DNA of 63,464 bases, filler included, from Octopus bimaculoides (Eukaryota), in the NCBI RefSeq assembly GCF_001194135.2. It is 4 parts of 4 records of this genome, joined end to end, with 100 filler letters (N's around TTAATTAATTAA, not from the genome) between each part and the next. Parts side by side here need not be neighbours in the genome. Positions count along the whole stretch, not along the records: positions 1 to 31,931 come from NC_068983.1; 3 more parts are not named here. One strand, 5' to 3'. The notes beneath the pieces were generated by a model. The model was not told the origin of the DNA. It saw only the letters and a list, made by a program, of their open reading frames with translations, and made no database searches. Positions 1 through 12,924 of the stretch are shown piece after piece (the stretch's first letter is position 1; each line of letters starts with the position of its first letter). The position numbers and the translations under genes are program-made.

Positions 1-99
1 TAATTAAATTTTGTTAACGTATGTAGTATTTAATTCCATTTGTTTATCTATGTATTGTATTATACTTTGTTCATATTATTATTGGTTTATGGGTAACAT

Positions 100-1170
100 G
101 TTGTCACATGCTGTGGTTTGTGGTTTGTTAATGGTGTGTGTTAGTGTTCCATTCTAGTTTCCTATTCAGGCTAGGTTTCTCTTCTATTATGTGTGTAGCT
201 TCAGTAATTTGTCTAAGTGCTGCATCACTGCTATGTGTAGATAAGATTTTAATTTCTATGTTGTCGATTGAGCCTCTATGTTCTTGCTCAGCGTGCTGGT
301 ACAGAACTGATGAGTTCTTCCCTTCCTTAAGTTCCCTCCAATGTTCGTTTGCCCGCTCCCCTATGCTCCTTGCTGTTTCCATTTCCGAAGCTCTTAATGT
401 TTGCGCTGTTGAAACAGACTCCTCGAGACCTCCTGTCACAGTTGGTCACATTTTTGTCCAAATAGAATTGCTCTCCGGTCTTGATGACAACGAACTACGA
501 ATCACTAACGCTGTCAATGGCCCCGCTGTTTTCTCCTTGTATTGCATTTATTTAAGTACTCGAGTGCACTCCGATAGATGGATATAGATCACACTATTTT
601 ATGCTTGATGTGCTACCTGGTCCTCTATCTTGATCGATGGAAACTATGTCATTTCACACATCAGTCAATGTTTCCTTCATTTCATCTTTTGAGGGTATAC
701 AAAAAACTATACCCATCTTGACGACGTACAGTTATATCATACATTTCTCTTTGCGTTCTCTTTGTAACACACCGTTGTTAGTTTTCTTTTTCTGACCCAA
801 CCTTATTCATATCCAAAATGTCATTATCGGAAACGATATCTATAAAGCTCTATGTGCGCAGCTGTCTTGTTATTGTTAAAACCATTGTTATTATCGAAAG
901 TAAAATCATCTTTTCCATTTAAATTGTATGGTTTGGTGCATAATACTCCTGTTCATATCCTCACATTTCAGTTCATATTTTCTGTAGGTGCTAAAGTTAT
1001 TTTTCTGAAGAGTTGTCATCTATACCTATTGTTGATATTTTGCGTCGAAAGTTACACTAAAAGTGTTTTAAAAATTTCTTTTCCCAAACTTGGAGAAAGA
1101 ATTAAAATATACTTCTCGACTCGCATACATATGACAGAAAAAAATAGCATCACATGTTTGAAAGAAATCG
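100..1170 (-). mobile_element. Degenerate Penelope-like element (C-terminal GIY-YIG endonuclease, Neptune-like), 3' portion
   Basis: ORF 128-439(-) reads ETARSIGERANEH...SSVLYQHAEQEH...LRQITEATHI...LNRKLEW, the ET-R..ER..EH / RQI.EA / LN.K.EW pattern of PLE GIY-YIG domains. 850-1160(-) gives a stop-riddled, thumb-like segment with weaker support. Confidence 0.7.
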
Positions 1171-1284
1171 AAATATAATCCAAGCACGGAACCGATACTA
1201 AAGTGAGTCTTGCTATGACACTGCTGCTGATGTTGATGATTAGGATAAGCTTCTACATAAACAGTGCACAAAAAATAAGCTAAG

Positions 1285-1790
1285 TGTAGAACTGCAGAAT
1301 ATTAAGAGACTGGGAAGAAACAATTAACCATATTATCTTCGATTGCCCAGTTTTATCCAAAACTGAATACTTCTACAGGCATGATGGGTTGTGGAAGTTA
1401 TTCCAGCATTGTGAAATACCATAAATATAGAAGTCCTGTATTCATATATAGGTAAAGGTCTAAAAAGAAAAAAGACAACAAATCGCTCATACCTTGTGAC
1501 ATACTAATACCATAAACAGGTAAATCAAACACAGAATATCAGTCATTCTTCTTAAGCGTCACTAGGGTAAGAAGTGCATCATACACAAAGTACGAAACCA
1601 AACAAATAAGAATAAACATTACTGAAAGAAATGTTGGGGAATTATTCAAATTTAAAGATTTAGAAATGGATATAGCTAAAAAAAAAAAAAGATAAAACCC
1701 TAACCCTAAAAGTCTGTTTTCAACTGCACGAGACTAGGATTCTGTCTATAAATACTGGGAAGTCCCAATGAGTCCTTACATTTTCTCCTT
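1285..1790 (+). mobile_element. R4/Dong-like (RLE) non-LTR retrotransposon 3' fragment, degenerate
   Basis: Manual translation gives EETINHIIFDCPVLSKTEYFYRHD (CCHC knuckle plus RHD) and FKFKDLEMDIAK (K..KY.DL motif of the RLE domain), with frameshifts between. Confidence 0.7.
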
Positions 1791-1822
1791 CAGTTTCAGC
1801 CTCTGGATAGTGCTTATGCCTC

Positions 1823-1830
1823 TACTACTA

Positions 1831-1888
<58 letters not shown>

Positions 1889-1903
1889 GGCTANNNNNNN
1901 NNN

Positions 1904-1938
<35 letters not shown>

Positions 1939-1960
1939 GGCTACCGCCACCGCCGCTACC
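1823..1960. repeat. (CTA)n/(CTG)n compound microsatellite spanning a 10-N gap
   Basis: Directly visible. Confidence 0.95.
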
Positions 1961-2007
1961 GCGTATGCATAATACAAGTGGTTGAGATTTGTAATATCAA
2001 CATCATT

Positions 2008-2051
2008 AGCTGAGATTATTATCATTATTATTATTATCATCATTATTATCA

Positions 2052-2112
<61 letters not shown>

Positions 2113-2118
2113 CATTAA

Positions 2119-2148
<30 letters not shown>
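2008..2148. repeat. (ATT)n array = (TAA)n 3' tail/target of the adjacent minus-strand R4/Dong element
   Basis: Directly visible; abuts the element 3' UTR. Confidence 0.9.
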
Positions 2149-2149
<1 letters not shown>

Positions 2150-3583
2150 TTTGCCTTTGCACAGCTTCTAACGCTGGAGATGTACTACAGTGTCAGCTGT
2201 TCACTACCAGTGAACTAAGGTAACACCTCTTATTTTTCGAGCAACTTCCGGAGTATTCGAGCGGTTCCAAGCACTGCTGTTTCCTGCAAGTAATCCACCC
2301 TCATTGCAGCCCCTATTTGTTCCACGTACTTCTTGAAATTTTTGTTCACTGTTTCCAGGGCTCCGACAATTATTGGTACTACTGCTACCTTTTTCATTGA
2401 CCACAACTGCTTAAATTTCCAAGCTAACCTGTCATATCTCTCGACTTATCTTTCTTCCTTATCGCATACCTTGTTGTCAGCTGGGCATACTATGTCTATG
2501 ATCTAGCATAGCTTGTTTTCTTTCTCAATTAAGACTATGTCCGGCTTCCTATTCTCAATCACATGGTCGCATTGAATCATAAAATCCCATAGGATCTTTG
2601 CATTCCTATTTTAGACGATGCCTTCAGGTTTGCGGTCGTACCAATTTATTGCTCTGTCAAGTCCATACTAGTTGCAAAGTGTCCAATGGACAAGCCTGGA
2701 TATATTGTCGTGGCGTTTCTTATATTCCTTCTGAGCTAGTGGCGTGCATTGGCTGATAATATGCCATACAGTTTTACCGTCTTGTCCACAGATTCTGCGC
2801 ATCACTTTCTGATATATTGTCTATTCTGTATTTTATATGCAGTTTGTTCTTAGTGCTTGCTCTTGGGCAGCACAGATTATAACCTCTGTTTCCGGTTTTA
2901 AATCACTTTTAGTCACCCACAGCCATCTTTTTTCTCTGTCTGTCTTATCCTCAACGCTCCTATGAAATTGACCATGCATTCTTTTCTTTACCCACCTATT
3001 TTCAGTTTCATTCGTTTTCAATTTCTTGTATAGTGCTTTATCTTTGCAATCTTTCATCCTACACAGACGTGACCATCCTACTTCTAATAATAGCAGCTCT
3101 GTGGAATTTTTTACATACCATGCTATGTTGTTTTCTTTTGCTCTAATGCTGTGTTCGCATCAAATAAGTCCTCTTCCCCCTATTTTTCTTGGTACATACA
3201 GTCTGTCTGTGTCACTTTTTGGGTGGGGTGACCCATAACTAGTTAGCAACTTCCTTGTCTTTCTGTCTAAGCTGTTTAGTTCGTCTACTGTCCATACGAT
3301 GACCCCTGCTCCATATCTAAGGAGTGAAATCCCCCAGGTGTTGATAGCTTCGATCTTATTCCGTCCGTTTAATTTCGACTTAAGGATCAGTCTCAGTCTG
3401 TGTAAGTACTCCACCTTAAATTTTTCTGTCATTTCTTTCTCCATCAATTTATCCATTTCCAAAATCCTCAAGTACTTATAGTTCGTCTCTTCTATCTGCT
3501 TCATAACCTCCTCCGACGGTATTGTTAGTCTGTCCATACATTTGATTTTGTCTCTCTTCAATACTAACACACCACACTTTCTC
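2149..3583 (-). mobile_element. 5'-truncated R4/Dong-like RLE retrotransposon (post-RT region, zinc knuckle, PD-(D/E)xK endonuclease, 3' UTR)
   Basis: ORFs 3160-3600 (KSKLNGRNKIEAINTW...DRLYVPRKIGGRGLI) and 2833-3057 (MHGQF...KPETEVIICAAQEQALRT). Manual translation adds RRICGQDGKTVWHIISQC...RHDNI and ENRKPDIVLIEK...IIDIVCP. Ends in (TAA)n. Confidence 0.9.
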
Positions 3584-3596
3584 ATTATTATTATTA

Positions 3597-3670
<74 letters not shown>
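3584..3670. repeat. (ATT)n array at the 5' junction of the R4/Dong element
   Basis: Directly visible. Confidence 0.95.
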
Positions 3671-3671
<1 letters not shown>

Positions 3672-3835
3672 TACAGTCGGGTTGATTATGCTTTCTACTG
3701 GGTCACAAGCCGTACTTTATCGTGTAACGAATTCTTATGCCTTTTCTTCTTAAAGTCCTGTTATGTGATTTGGCATTTGTTCTTACAGTGTATTGAGGGC
3801 GAGAAACCTCTGCTATAGCACATATTCTGCAAATA

Positions 3836-4037
3836 TTCGACCTGAAGGAAATTCTAACTGGGCCTCACCTGCAAGGTCATGCTGTTTATCTTGATATGAG
3901 ATCTCCATGTCGCGCACTTATGGTTGTGATGCATGTTCCTTGCATACCCTTATCAGACAGGTAGTCATGATCGGTATATTGGTCTTCGTATATTTTACCC
4001 CAGTGTCACTTTGGTGGCATACACCGCTCTCTCACTC

Positions 4038-4089
<52 letters not shown>

Positions 4090-4090
4090 T
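3836..4090 (+). mobile_element. 3' end of a TAA-tailed interspersed repeat (unclassified retroposon)
   Basis: GC-richer segment ending ...CGCTCTCTCACTC(AAT)n (tail 4038-4090). Recalled as a recurrent cephalopod repeat; no coding motif seen. Confidence 0.45.
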
Positions 4091-7034
4091 GTTGAAGGAA
4101 AAGAAAGCGAAGAAGTCGGAGAAGCCAAAGAACAACAACAAAAGGAAGAAGAACAAGAAGAGAAAAAGAATTTCGTCTAGCATCGTTAGCTCATTGCATC
4201 GAGAAATACCTATTCACTTCACTACAATAACAAAGAAAGCACACACACGCGCGCATGAAAATAGAATTAAGGAAATGTTGAAGGATACTTGTGAAAGCAA
4301 TGCACAAACATGCTGAAATTGCTTTTTGACTCATATAAGTAACGCATTGCAAAATCTTCGCACTAATCACCGATTAGCAAACACATAGAAGCACGATAAT
4401 GGAGCACAAGTCAACTCAACATCAATAATTTATTCAACCTCGAGCAAACAACGCAGATGAAAACCGCAATATTTACCTCAAAGTGAAAAGAAGAATGCAT
4501 ACATTGAACTTCTTGCATAAAAATTACGAAAAATAGTGTGAAAAATTCGACTAAAACAAATCAGCTAATATCCGATGCAAATGATGAAGTTTAAGTAAAG
4601 AGACGGATTTTACTTTACAATTCACGCAAATGCAACAGGAAAGTTATAAACCACTAGGACGACAATACATTTCTATACTACATGCATATTTCATAGGTGA
4701 ACACTACACTAAAATCTAGATTTTAAAAAAGTACGCATTATAATGTCTGGAGAGAAAATAAATCGATCCTAAATTTAACACTGTCATTTAAGAAAATGCA
4801 TTCTAAAAGAAATACTGTACAAAAGTAACAGAACACTCAATAGAAAGAATACATTACAAGCAATGAAAAAAATGCAGCAAAAATGCAAGAAATGAGAAAT
4901 GAAACACGTTAGTTGGGAACGCAAATCATAGAGATAGACGTAACATGTAAAACAAACAAAATATAAAGCAAGATATGACTCAAACCATAGATTCTTTAGA
5001 TAATAGCGAATAACTAACTAATGCCACGGCAGAACCACATAATCGAAAATAGGATCCAAAGTGGATAATGTGAGACATTTCAGAATAGAAAACTCTGAAG
5101 GTGGAAAGTTTGACTATGATGATAATCTAAAGGTTGAAATTGCTAAAGAATGAAAATTGATAGAATATTTCATGTACCAACGAAAGACACACTCCCACAA
5201 AGATAAACTTTAAAGATTAAATAGCAACAACAATGAAACAAACCAAGTTACACGTATATTAAGCGAAAATAGATATAAATACTTAACATCTAGACGATAA
5301 AACAAGTAATAAATGCAGTAATCACAAATGAAACTAGAAAATTGATCAAAAGTACTCATACAACGACATCTAAGCAATCAATATTGAAAACTTAACACGA
5401 GGAAAAAAGGCAGAAAAGCAAAGAAACATACATGACACTAACAACAACGAAACATGTAAAGAGAAAGAAGGAGAGGGAGAGAAAGATAGAGATTGATAGA
5501 GAAATTGCAAAAATACAAAGTAACAAGGACCAGAAAACAAAAAAGTATCTGAAGGGCTCCTCCTTAAAACGCAATGAATCCAGTGTTTCAATCCTTCGAA
5601 TGCCATTTTTATACAAGTCACACGATAGACACTCAACGCATTGCTACCAATTCTTACAATATAACGCAAACATCATATATACAATCATCACTCAATACGA
5701 TAACAGTCCACACAACAAATATTCTATATAATCATTACTTTACATTTCAACGCATCCTACACTTGCCAAACAGCTCAGACACCTCACATTGTACACATTT
5801 GCTACTTGATACTATATACTCAACTCGCACAATACAATTATCATTCAACAAAACTCACATAGAACATAGTTTACATTATAAACATACGAAACAAAAAAAG
5901 CATCAGGAAGGAACAACGAAACGAACTCAATAGCAAAGTATCACAGGCAATATACAAACACTATTTCACCGCTGATATGTCGTACATATCTCAGGAACAT
6001 GAAGATGCATCTGGTGGTGCTGTAGATGCTAGCATAAATCTGTTGAAAGCAGGATGATGATGGTGGCCGTGATGTTGGCAAATAATATGAATAATCCTTC
6101 ATATAATAATTATCTTCCGTATGTACGTCAGAGGGAACGCTTTTGATTTTAACCAGGTTCTTTAATATTGGAATAAGGTGAGAGCACAGTGTATCTTGGT
6201 TATTGTACATTAATATTTAAATATTGTGGCACCTTCATGTATAATGACGAAAAATAATGTAAGAAACGAAATATCATAATATGCATTTAATAGTTACGTA
6301 ATTCAATCAATATTAAGTTATATTGAATTGGAAAAACAAGAGTTGAATAAATAATCTTGCAATGTATGTAGGTGCGTTTTTGTATGTATACTTTTTGTAG
6401 ACACATATGAGAATGAACATATATGTGTGTATGTATAAGAGTAAATAGGATGCATGTGTCTGAGTATAAATGCATATACGTATTTTCGAGTGCGGATACC
6501 AAGTTAATTCGAGCATCTTCAAAATATCCATAAATTGCATAAACATTTTTACTTTTCTCAATGTATTATAATTTACTATTATTAACTTTAATACGTATCT
6601 ATTTTCTGTACGCCATTTGATGTTTTTTTCATTTTTTATTTATCATATTAGTAAGATTTTATGTAAATTTAAATATCAGTATACGGTTACAAAACCAAAT
6701 TATATATCTGTGTTTTCATCTTATTTCCTGGAGAATAATTTGAACTGTTATGAATCAAATATAGTTTCAACGCATGAATCGCAAAGAAATGTTCTTAAAT
6801 GATTTTACTGCACGTAGAGGTGCAGAATAATCTAGTTTCTGAAGTGCTGTTGGAATTAGCGAAAACAGTGACCTTTTGCTAAAACAATAAACGTGTAAAT
6901 TACATATATTTATACACACGCCCAATTACATTTCTTTAGCTTTAAGTCTATAGTCTACTTTTGCGTATTGGGTTCTATTGTTTCTGTTTCTACCACTGAA
7001 CTTACACGCGCGCGCACTTATATGTTCTTTTATT

Positions 7035-7236
7035 CTTTTATCTGTTTCAGTCGTTTGACTGCGGCCAAGCTAGAGCACCGCCTTTAATCGAAAATATCGA
7101 CTCTAGGACTTATTCTTTGTAAGCCTGGTACTTATTCTATCGGTGTCTTTTAGCGAATCGCTAGGTTACGGGGACATAAACATACCAACATCGGTTGTCA
7201 AGCGATGGTGGGAGCACAAACACAACCACACACACA

Positions 7237-7277
<41 letters not shown>

Positions 7278-7392
7278 GACGGGCTTCTTTCAGTTTCCGT
7301 CTGCCAAATCCACTCACAAGGCCCGATGCTATAGTTGAAGACACTTGCCCAAGGTGCTACGCAGTGGGACTGAACTCAGAACCAAGTGGTTA
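7035..7392 (-). mobile_element. tRNA-headed SINE, group A (internal (TA)n), head truncated
   Basis: Aligns by eye to copies at 21040-21405 and 38757-39190 (CAGTTTCCGTCT.CCAAATCCACTCACAAGG; GACTGCGGCCA.GCT.GAGCACCGCC). Confidence 0.8.
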
Positions 7393-7394
7393 AA

Positions 7395-7805
7395 GGCGGA
7401 AAGCGAAGGCTTCATATTAGCTGCTCAAGATTAAAGCTCATTGACTCGGAACTACCAGGACACTGTAATGAAAAATCGTGTACATCCAACCTACCAAATC
7501 TGTAATAAGATTGTAACATTGGATCACTTGATCTCTGGATGTAAAGTTTTAGCACCAGTGGAGAATAAATCATGGCTTGAAAGAGTTGGCCAATATCTAC
7601 ATTGGTTAATATGACGGCATTATAAAATCAAGACTGTTGAGAAGTGGTATAAGCGTCACTCTGAGGGAGAAAATATAACACTTCTTAGAGAGTTTTTTGT
7701 ACACACAGCATAACCATCAAGAATAATAAACCGAGTGTTGTAAAAGAGGAAAATAATAAAATCTGTTTATTGATTGACATGAATATCCCTTGCGATCATA
7801 ATATT
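7395..7805 (+). mobile_element. R4/Dong-like RLE internal fragment (third diverged lineage)
   Basis: AESEGFILAAQD*SSLTRNYQ, DHLISGCKVLAP and CLLIDMNIPCDHNI: same motif order as 2149-3583. Confidence 0.8.
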
Positions 7806-8770
7806 CTTTTCTACTCTAGGCATAAGGCCCGAAATGTTTGGGGAGGAGGCCAGCCAGTCAATTAGATCGACTCCAGTATGCAACTGGTACTTAATTTATC
7901 GACCCTGAAAGGATGAACGGTAAAGTCAACCTCGGCGGAATTTGAACTCAGAACGTAAAGACAGACGAAATACTGCTAAGCATTTCGCCCGGCGGTTACA
8001 ATATGGTTGTAAGAGCACTAGGAAGAATAATAAAAAAAAGGACTCGAAAATTATTTGAGGATGATTCCTTGCTTACCATCCTTTTAATAAGTGTAAAATG
8101 TTATTTTTACTTGTACGTAAAACGTATTGAGAACAGCATTGTCGCTGTGGGAACGATAACCTTCCATGTAAATAATTTATTTTTCTACACGACTTTATTT
8201 GATATTGTAAATGAACAATCTTGTGTACTTATTTTTCTCGACCCAAAGTATCGGGAAGACACTCAACGAGAAATGAAAACAAAATTCAAGGAGGAAAAAA
8301 AAAACTCATAGTAATAATAATCCTTCTACTATGGGTGCAAGGCCTACAATCTTGTGGGAGGGTTCTAGTCGACTACATCGGCTCCAGTGCTTAACTGGTA
8401 CTTACTCTATCGACCCCGAAAGGATGAAAAGCAAAGTGGACCTCGGCAGAATTTGAATTCAAATTGGGAAGATGAACGAAATGCCTATAAGCATTTTACC
8501 TAGCGTGTTAACGATTTCGCCAGCTCACTTCCTAAAAACTACAACAACAACAACGACAACAATTACTAGTATTTTCAAGTTTTGCCACAAGTTTAGCAAT
8601 TTCGGAGGAGTGGTTAAGTCGATTAAAACGAGCCTATTGCTCAACTGGTACTTATTGACCTTGGAAGGATGAAAAGCAAAGTCGACCCCGACAGAATTTG
8701 AACTCAGAACTTGAAAAGCCGGAAGAAAGAACAGCTTAGCATTTTTGTCCAATGTTTTAACAATTTTGTC
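7806..8770 (-). mobile_element. Three same-orientation copies of tRNA-headed SINE group C (about 7806-7998, 8312-8530, 8570-8770)
   Basis: Each has ACTGGTACTT...ATCGACCCCGAAAGGATGAA...AAAGTCGACCTCGGC.GAATTTGAACTC (antisense of the B box and central domain); matches the intact copy at 56690-56927. Confidence 0.85.
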
Positions 8771-9669
8771 AGCTCGTCGCCTTACGAAAATAATAATACT
8801 TTTGGCATAAAACTACGTAAGTCGAATAACTATCAAGTTAAACCTAGCTCTGTCTGCCTCTCCGTCTCTCTCTCTGCCTGTCTCCCTCCATCTCTCCTTC
8901 ATTCTCTCTCTCCCTCTATGATTGACTTTCCCTCTCACTCACACGATAACAATAACAATTGAACGCTAGCGGAACATTTATAAACTGCACAACATTCTCA
9001 TTTATCTTTGAAGTAATAACTGTCATCTTTATTCACCAATCAATCTAACACAATGTAGAAACCACAATTGCTTATTACCGTGATTACTTATCCGTCTCTT
9101 CTTTTTGTACTCACCAATCTCATTGTTGCTTATCTCCCCAATTCAGAAATTTATAGTTTCTCTTCTTTTTCTCTCATTCTGTCTTTCTCCCTCTTTTTAT
9201 CTCTTTCTTTTTATGTAATTCTATTACATAAACTGTCTCCTCCTTAGCCTTTCTTATAAACATTGTTTGTCTCTCTCTCTCTCCAACAAATGTTTCCTTT
9301 CTTTCTATCTCTCTCTCACAGTTTCTTCGTCACGAACGTTGTCTTTCTCTCTTTCTCACACCGTTTCTCTTCTCCCTCTTTCTATCTGACACACAATCAC
9401 TGCCTTTCCCTCATACACTACCGCTGTCACTTCTCCATCTTTCTCTCTTTCTCCTCCTCTTTCTCTCTCTCTCTCTTTCTCCCTTCTTTCTCTCTTTGAT
9501 AATGTTTGCTGAAATTAAAAAAACAAAAAAAGAAATACGACTCAAATCATTTTCATTATGTCCTGAAAATACTAGAAGATAATGAAGATAATTCCTCTAT
9601 GTCCTCATTTTCCATTCGACCGGGTTGTCGTCAATGTAGTAATCATCATCATCATCATCATCATCGTCG

Positions 9670-9711
<42 letters not shown>

Positions 9712-10029
9712 ACAACAACAACAGCAACAAGACAATCACCTCTATCATTGATATATTAATCGTCGTCATCGTCATCATATCATCGTCATCATAATCATCA
9801 CCATCACTGTGGTCCGCAGTTAGCGTTTTACGACGGGCAAGAAAAATGCCCATGTCTTTTAATTTAAATAGGTCCCGTGAAACCATCATAGGCAATTCTC
9901 ACAAGAATATTCTATTCCGAAATCTTCATGTAGCTCAGGTCACAAAACATGTGGCGAGATTCATATTAAATTCGAATTAGCCAGAAAAAAGGATGTGAAA
10001 TGAATGCATTCACAGTATAGAAAATTTTA

Positions 10030-11450
10030 TAGTCTCCAGCAGGAGAATGTTATTTCGGTTTTGTCAAAGATCTTCGCGCATCCAGGGTTAACCAGACTAC
10101 CAGGATAGATGTCATCTAGCTCTCTATCTCCAGTCTACATGCGCATGTTGCAAGTAGAACCATTCCCTCATTTGCCAATTTCATACACCTTACAAAAACA
10201 TTAAATAAATAAATAATAGTACTGAAGGATAGCACCTCCTCTCCACTTGCACCTTCCTCTCCAAATGGAACGTGAAAAGGTCTTTGAAGTTTTGATTACA
10301 ACATCTTACATTATAACAACACACGAAATCTGTTTACTCGGTCAAAGATTGGTTTTCACGGATTATTCTTACCAGTGGCAACAATGGTTCGAGAAAAATT
10401 AATACGTATGTAATGTTTTGATATTCAACAAGAGCATGTAGAACGATTTCGTTGCTCTTTGCCCATTTCAAACATATACGGTCGACAGCTCTCCCGTACC
10501 TGTAGAATTTATCTGTAACTGGCAATCCTCACCGGAAGCACTAACAAACAAGAAATTTGTTGAAGTTAATCCCTGAGACGAAGGTCCTTCAGAGCAGACA
10601 ACCCATGGCTCCTTGTCCTTGTCTCACATAACTCTGAACTGCAGCTGTCAAAGAGACGAATTGTGGGGAAAATATACTCAAAATAGATGATCACGACTAC
10701 TCATTATCTAGAAAACATTGTCAACCCTGCAGTGTCATCACATGTTTTAACATCATAAACCGGAGCATATCAAGGCTTTCACGATAAACTACTTAACAAA
10801 TGAATTGCGACTATGCCACGAGAATCGAAAAAGTATACGATTCAGTAAGTTCAGATGAAGAATAGAGCAAAGCATCTCGGTCGGGCAGTAATTTGTAAGA
10901 GAGACAATGTACACGTTCGCAACTTCTACCTGACATTTCATGGATAGAGTCTTCTCAACCTATTTGTATGTGGGACTGATCAGTTTGCTTGTAAACCTCA
11001 TCCTAGTTCCTATCCACTTAGAAGAACAGACAGAAATATAACCTAAGCAAATTAAAACCTCAAACAATTCTATACTTCTCGAGGGGCATAACATTCTTAT
11101 GGAAGCTTCTAAACACCCTAAGAAATTCTGTCGTTCTGCCTCAGATTGAATAGAGTGAAGGCATATGTCCCATCTGGCATCACTGACTTACCGTTAAGTT
11201 TCTGAAAAATCATTTGTACCTTCAAATCAAAACCTTTATCAAACAATAGTGTTACCTCACTGCTCGATCCAGGCTGACCAAGATGTATGTACCTCAAAGT
11301 CGTCGAAAATGAGCATGAATGCGTTCCTGAAACCTAAGTCTCGTTAATAGATTTCCAATCCACGTCTCATAAACTTGCTCCGTTGATCAAATGATCTAGT
11401 CACCAAGGCAACCTTAGTCTACATACATTTACGCATCCTACCCTGAGTTG
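10030..11450 (-). mobile_element. Tx1/L1-clade LINE remnant, internally deleted (APE N-terminus plus C-terminal knuckle region)
   Basis: 11450 downward translates QLRVGCVNVCRLR (APE start). ORF 10334-10525 LPVTDKFYRYGRAVDRICLKWAKSNEIVLHALVEY resembles the Tx1 LPV.DKL.RHG...C..C....ET..HAL..C region. Confidence 0.55.
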
Positions 11451-12174
11451 GCCAGAAGAACAAAACTGAAAGAAGTTACTCTGAACAAGAACTGGTATGA
11501 AGATTGATGGGATGGCTTCAGTGAAATATCTCTCTAAATGGTGCTTACTCGCTCTCTCCCAGAACATTTTCATGTTAACTTGGAATATTTTCCCTGGGTC
11601 CTAGGAAACCTTTTCTGGTGTTCCTAAAAGGATTCTATTTAGTGGTGCCCTCTAAATGGGTCTCTTAACTTTCCTCGTTTGCGTCGTTTGCCTGTATTTA
11701 CAACTGTGAAGCTTATGAAACGTGATTCGTGTGAGTTTGACTGTTGATGTTAAAGTTTACTATATTACTAATGGTATTTTATCTGTGAGTGTTCTTGTGT
11801 TTTTCTGCTGTTAGCTTTTGCAGTTGGTGTCGTTGTGTGCTTGGTTGTTGTCGTCGATGCGATGGTGTTATACGATCTGGCAGTCGTTTGTTGGCAGGCA
11901 GTTTTTGTCGATTCATTCAGTCTTCTGCACTTGGATGTAGTCTTTTTGGTTTCTTTTCTTCTTTTCATCTCCATGATAAAGACCTCTCTTGATAGGCTCG
12001 TGTAAATCTTGTCGCATAATTACATCTCGGAGTCGAAAAGGCTGTGCGCTCGTGCTTGTGTTTTGGGGATGATATTGGAGTGCGATATGTTATTTTATAT
12101 TGTTGTAGTGGTGGTGAAAATGTCACCCTGGGATGAAGTATTGATCTCTGACACACTTGCCATTATTTTTTTTG

Positions 12175-12243
<69 letters not shown>

Positions 12244-12306
12244 TCATCTATCTATCTATCTATCTGTGTGTGCATGCATACGTTTATGTTCTTGTTAATG
12301 TTACTA

Positions 12307-12403
12307 CTGCTGCTGTTGTTAGTTCTGCTGCTGTTGTTAGTTCTGCTGCTGTTGTTAGTTCTGCTGCTGTTGTTAGTTCTGCTGCTGTTGTTAGTTCTGC
12401 TGC
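12307..12403. repeat. 18-bp minisatellite (TCTGCTGCTGTTGTTAGT) about 5 copies, next to (CTAT)n at 12175-12262
   Basis: Directly visible; explains the VVSSAA repeat in ORF 12009-12563. Confidence 0.9.
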
Positions 12404-12924
12404 TACCGTTGTTGTTGCTGTGGCTGTAATTCTGACACCATTGCGAGCTTTCTTTCTCTTGATCTCTTTTGAGGGCAGAACACCTTCAGTTGATGCTAAA
12501 CATGCATACCAATGGGCTTTGAATATAACGTGCAGTTGTGTGACGTTTAGGAGGTCTGTTTAGTTCGGATCTTGTTCTGGTTTTCGGGCTATACCTAGCC
12601 CAGGACATCCGTTCCAGTTCTGGATCAACTTTCCGGGTGGTGTGTTTTTTTATCTTCAGAATTATGTGAAGCAATCAGAGCAAAACATGTCTTTGGTTAT
12701 CTTCCCTTTTGATACTTCTCGTTCAATACATCGTCAGTATACTCTCGCTCCAGGTAGTTCAAGAGATCTATCTCGAATTTGTCGTGTGAAAACTTGCATT
12801 TTCGTCACTGCCTCAGGAGATGGTGATCTCCCCTGTGCATGTTGGGCATCTTCTGGTTAGGTTCATTTCTTCTCTTTCGCTTCCACTTTATCTTTTTGAT
12901 GTTAGACACATCTTGTCATCTCTC

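Noticed and set aside
302-317. CTGATGA inside a GAACT/AGTTC hairpin
   Set aside because: No downstream GAAA or stems; lies antisense within the GIY-YIG coding remnant.
5990-6185. Possible exons (AG at about 5993, GTATGT at 6119, 21-nt AG..GTGAGA microexon at about 6157-6177)
   Set aside because: Stops in all frames of the larger piece and an implausibly short (~38 nt) intron.
12690-12702. 13-nt match to the 5' end of miR-9 (TCTTTGGTTATCT)
   Set aside because: The 3' half differs and there is no complementary star arm nearby; chance match.
11700-12900. Possible ORF1 of the adjacent Tx1-like element
   Set aside because: No recognisable RRM or zinc-knuckle motif in any frame I translated.
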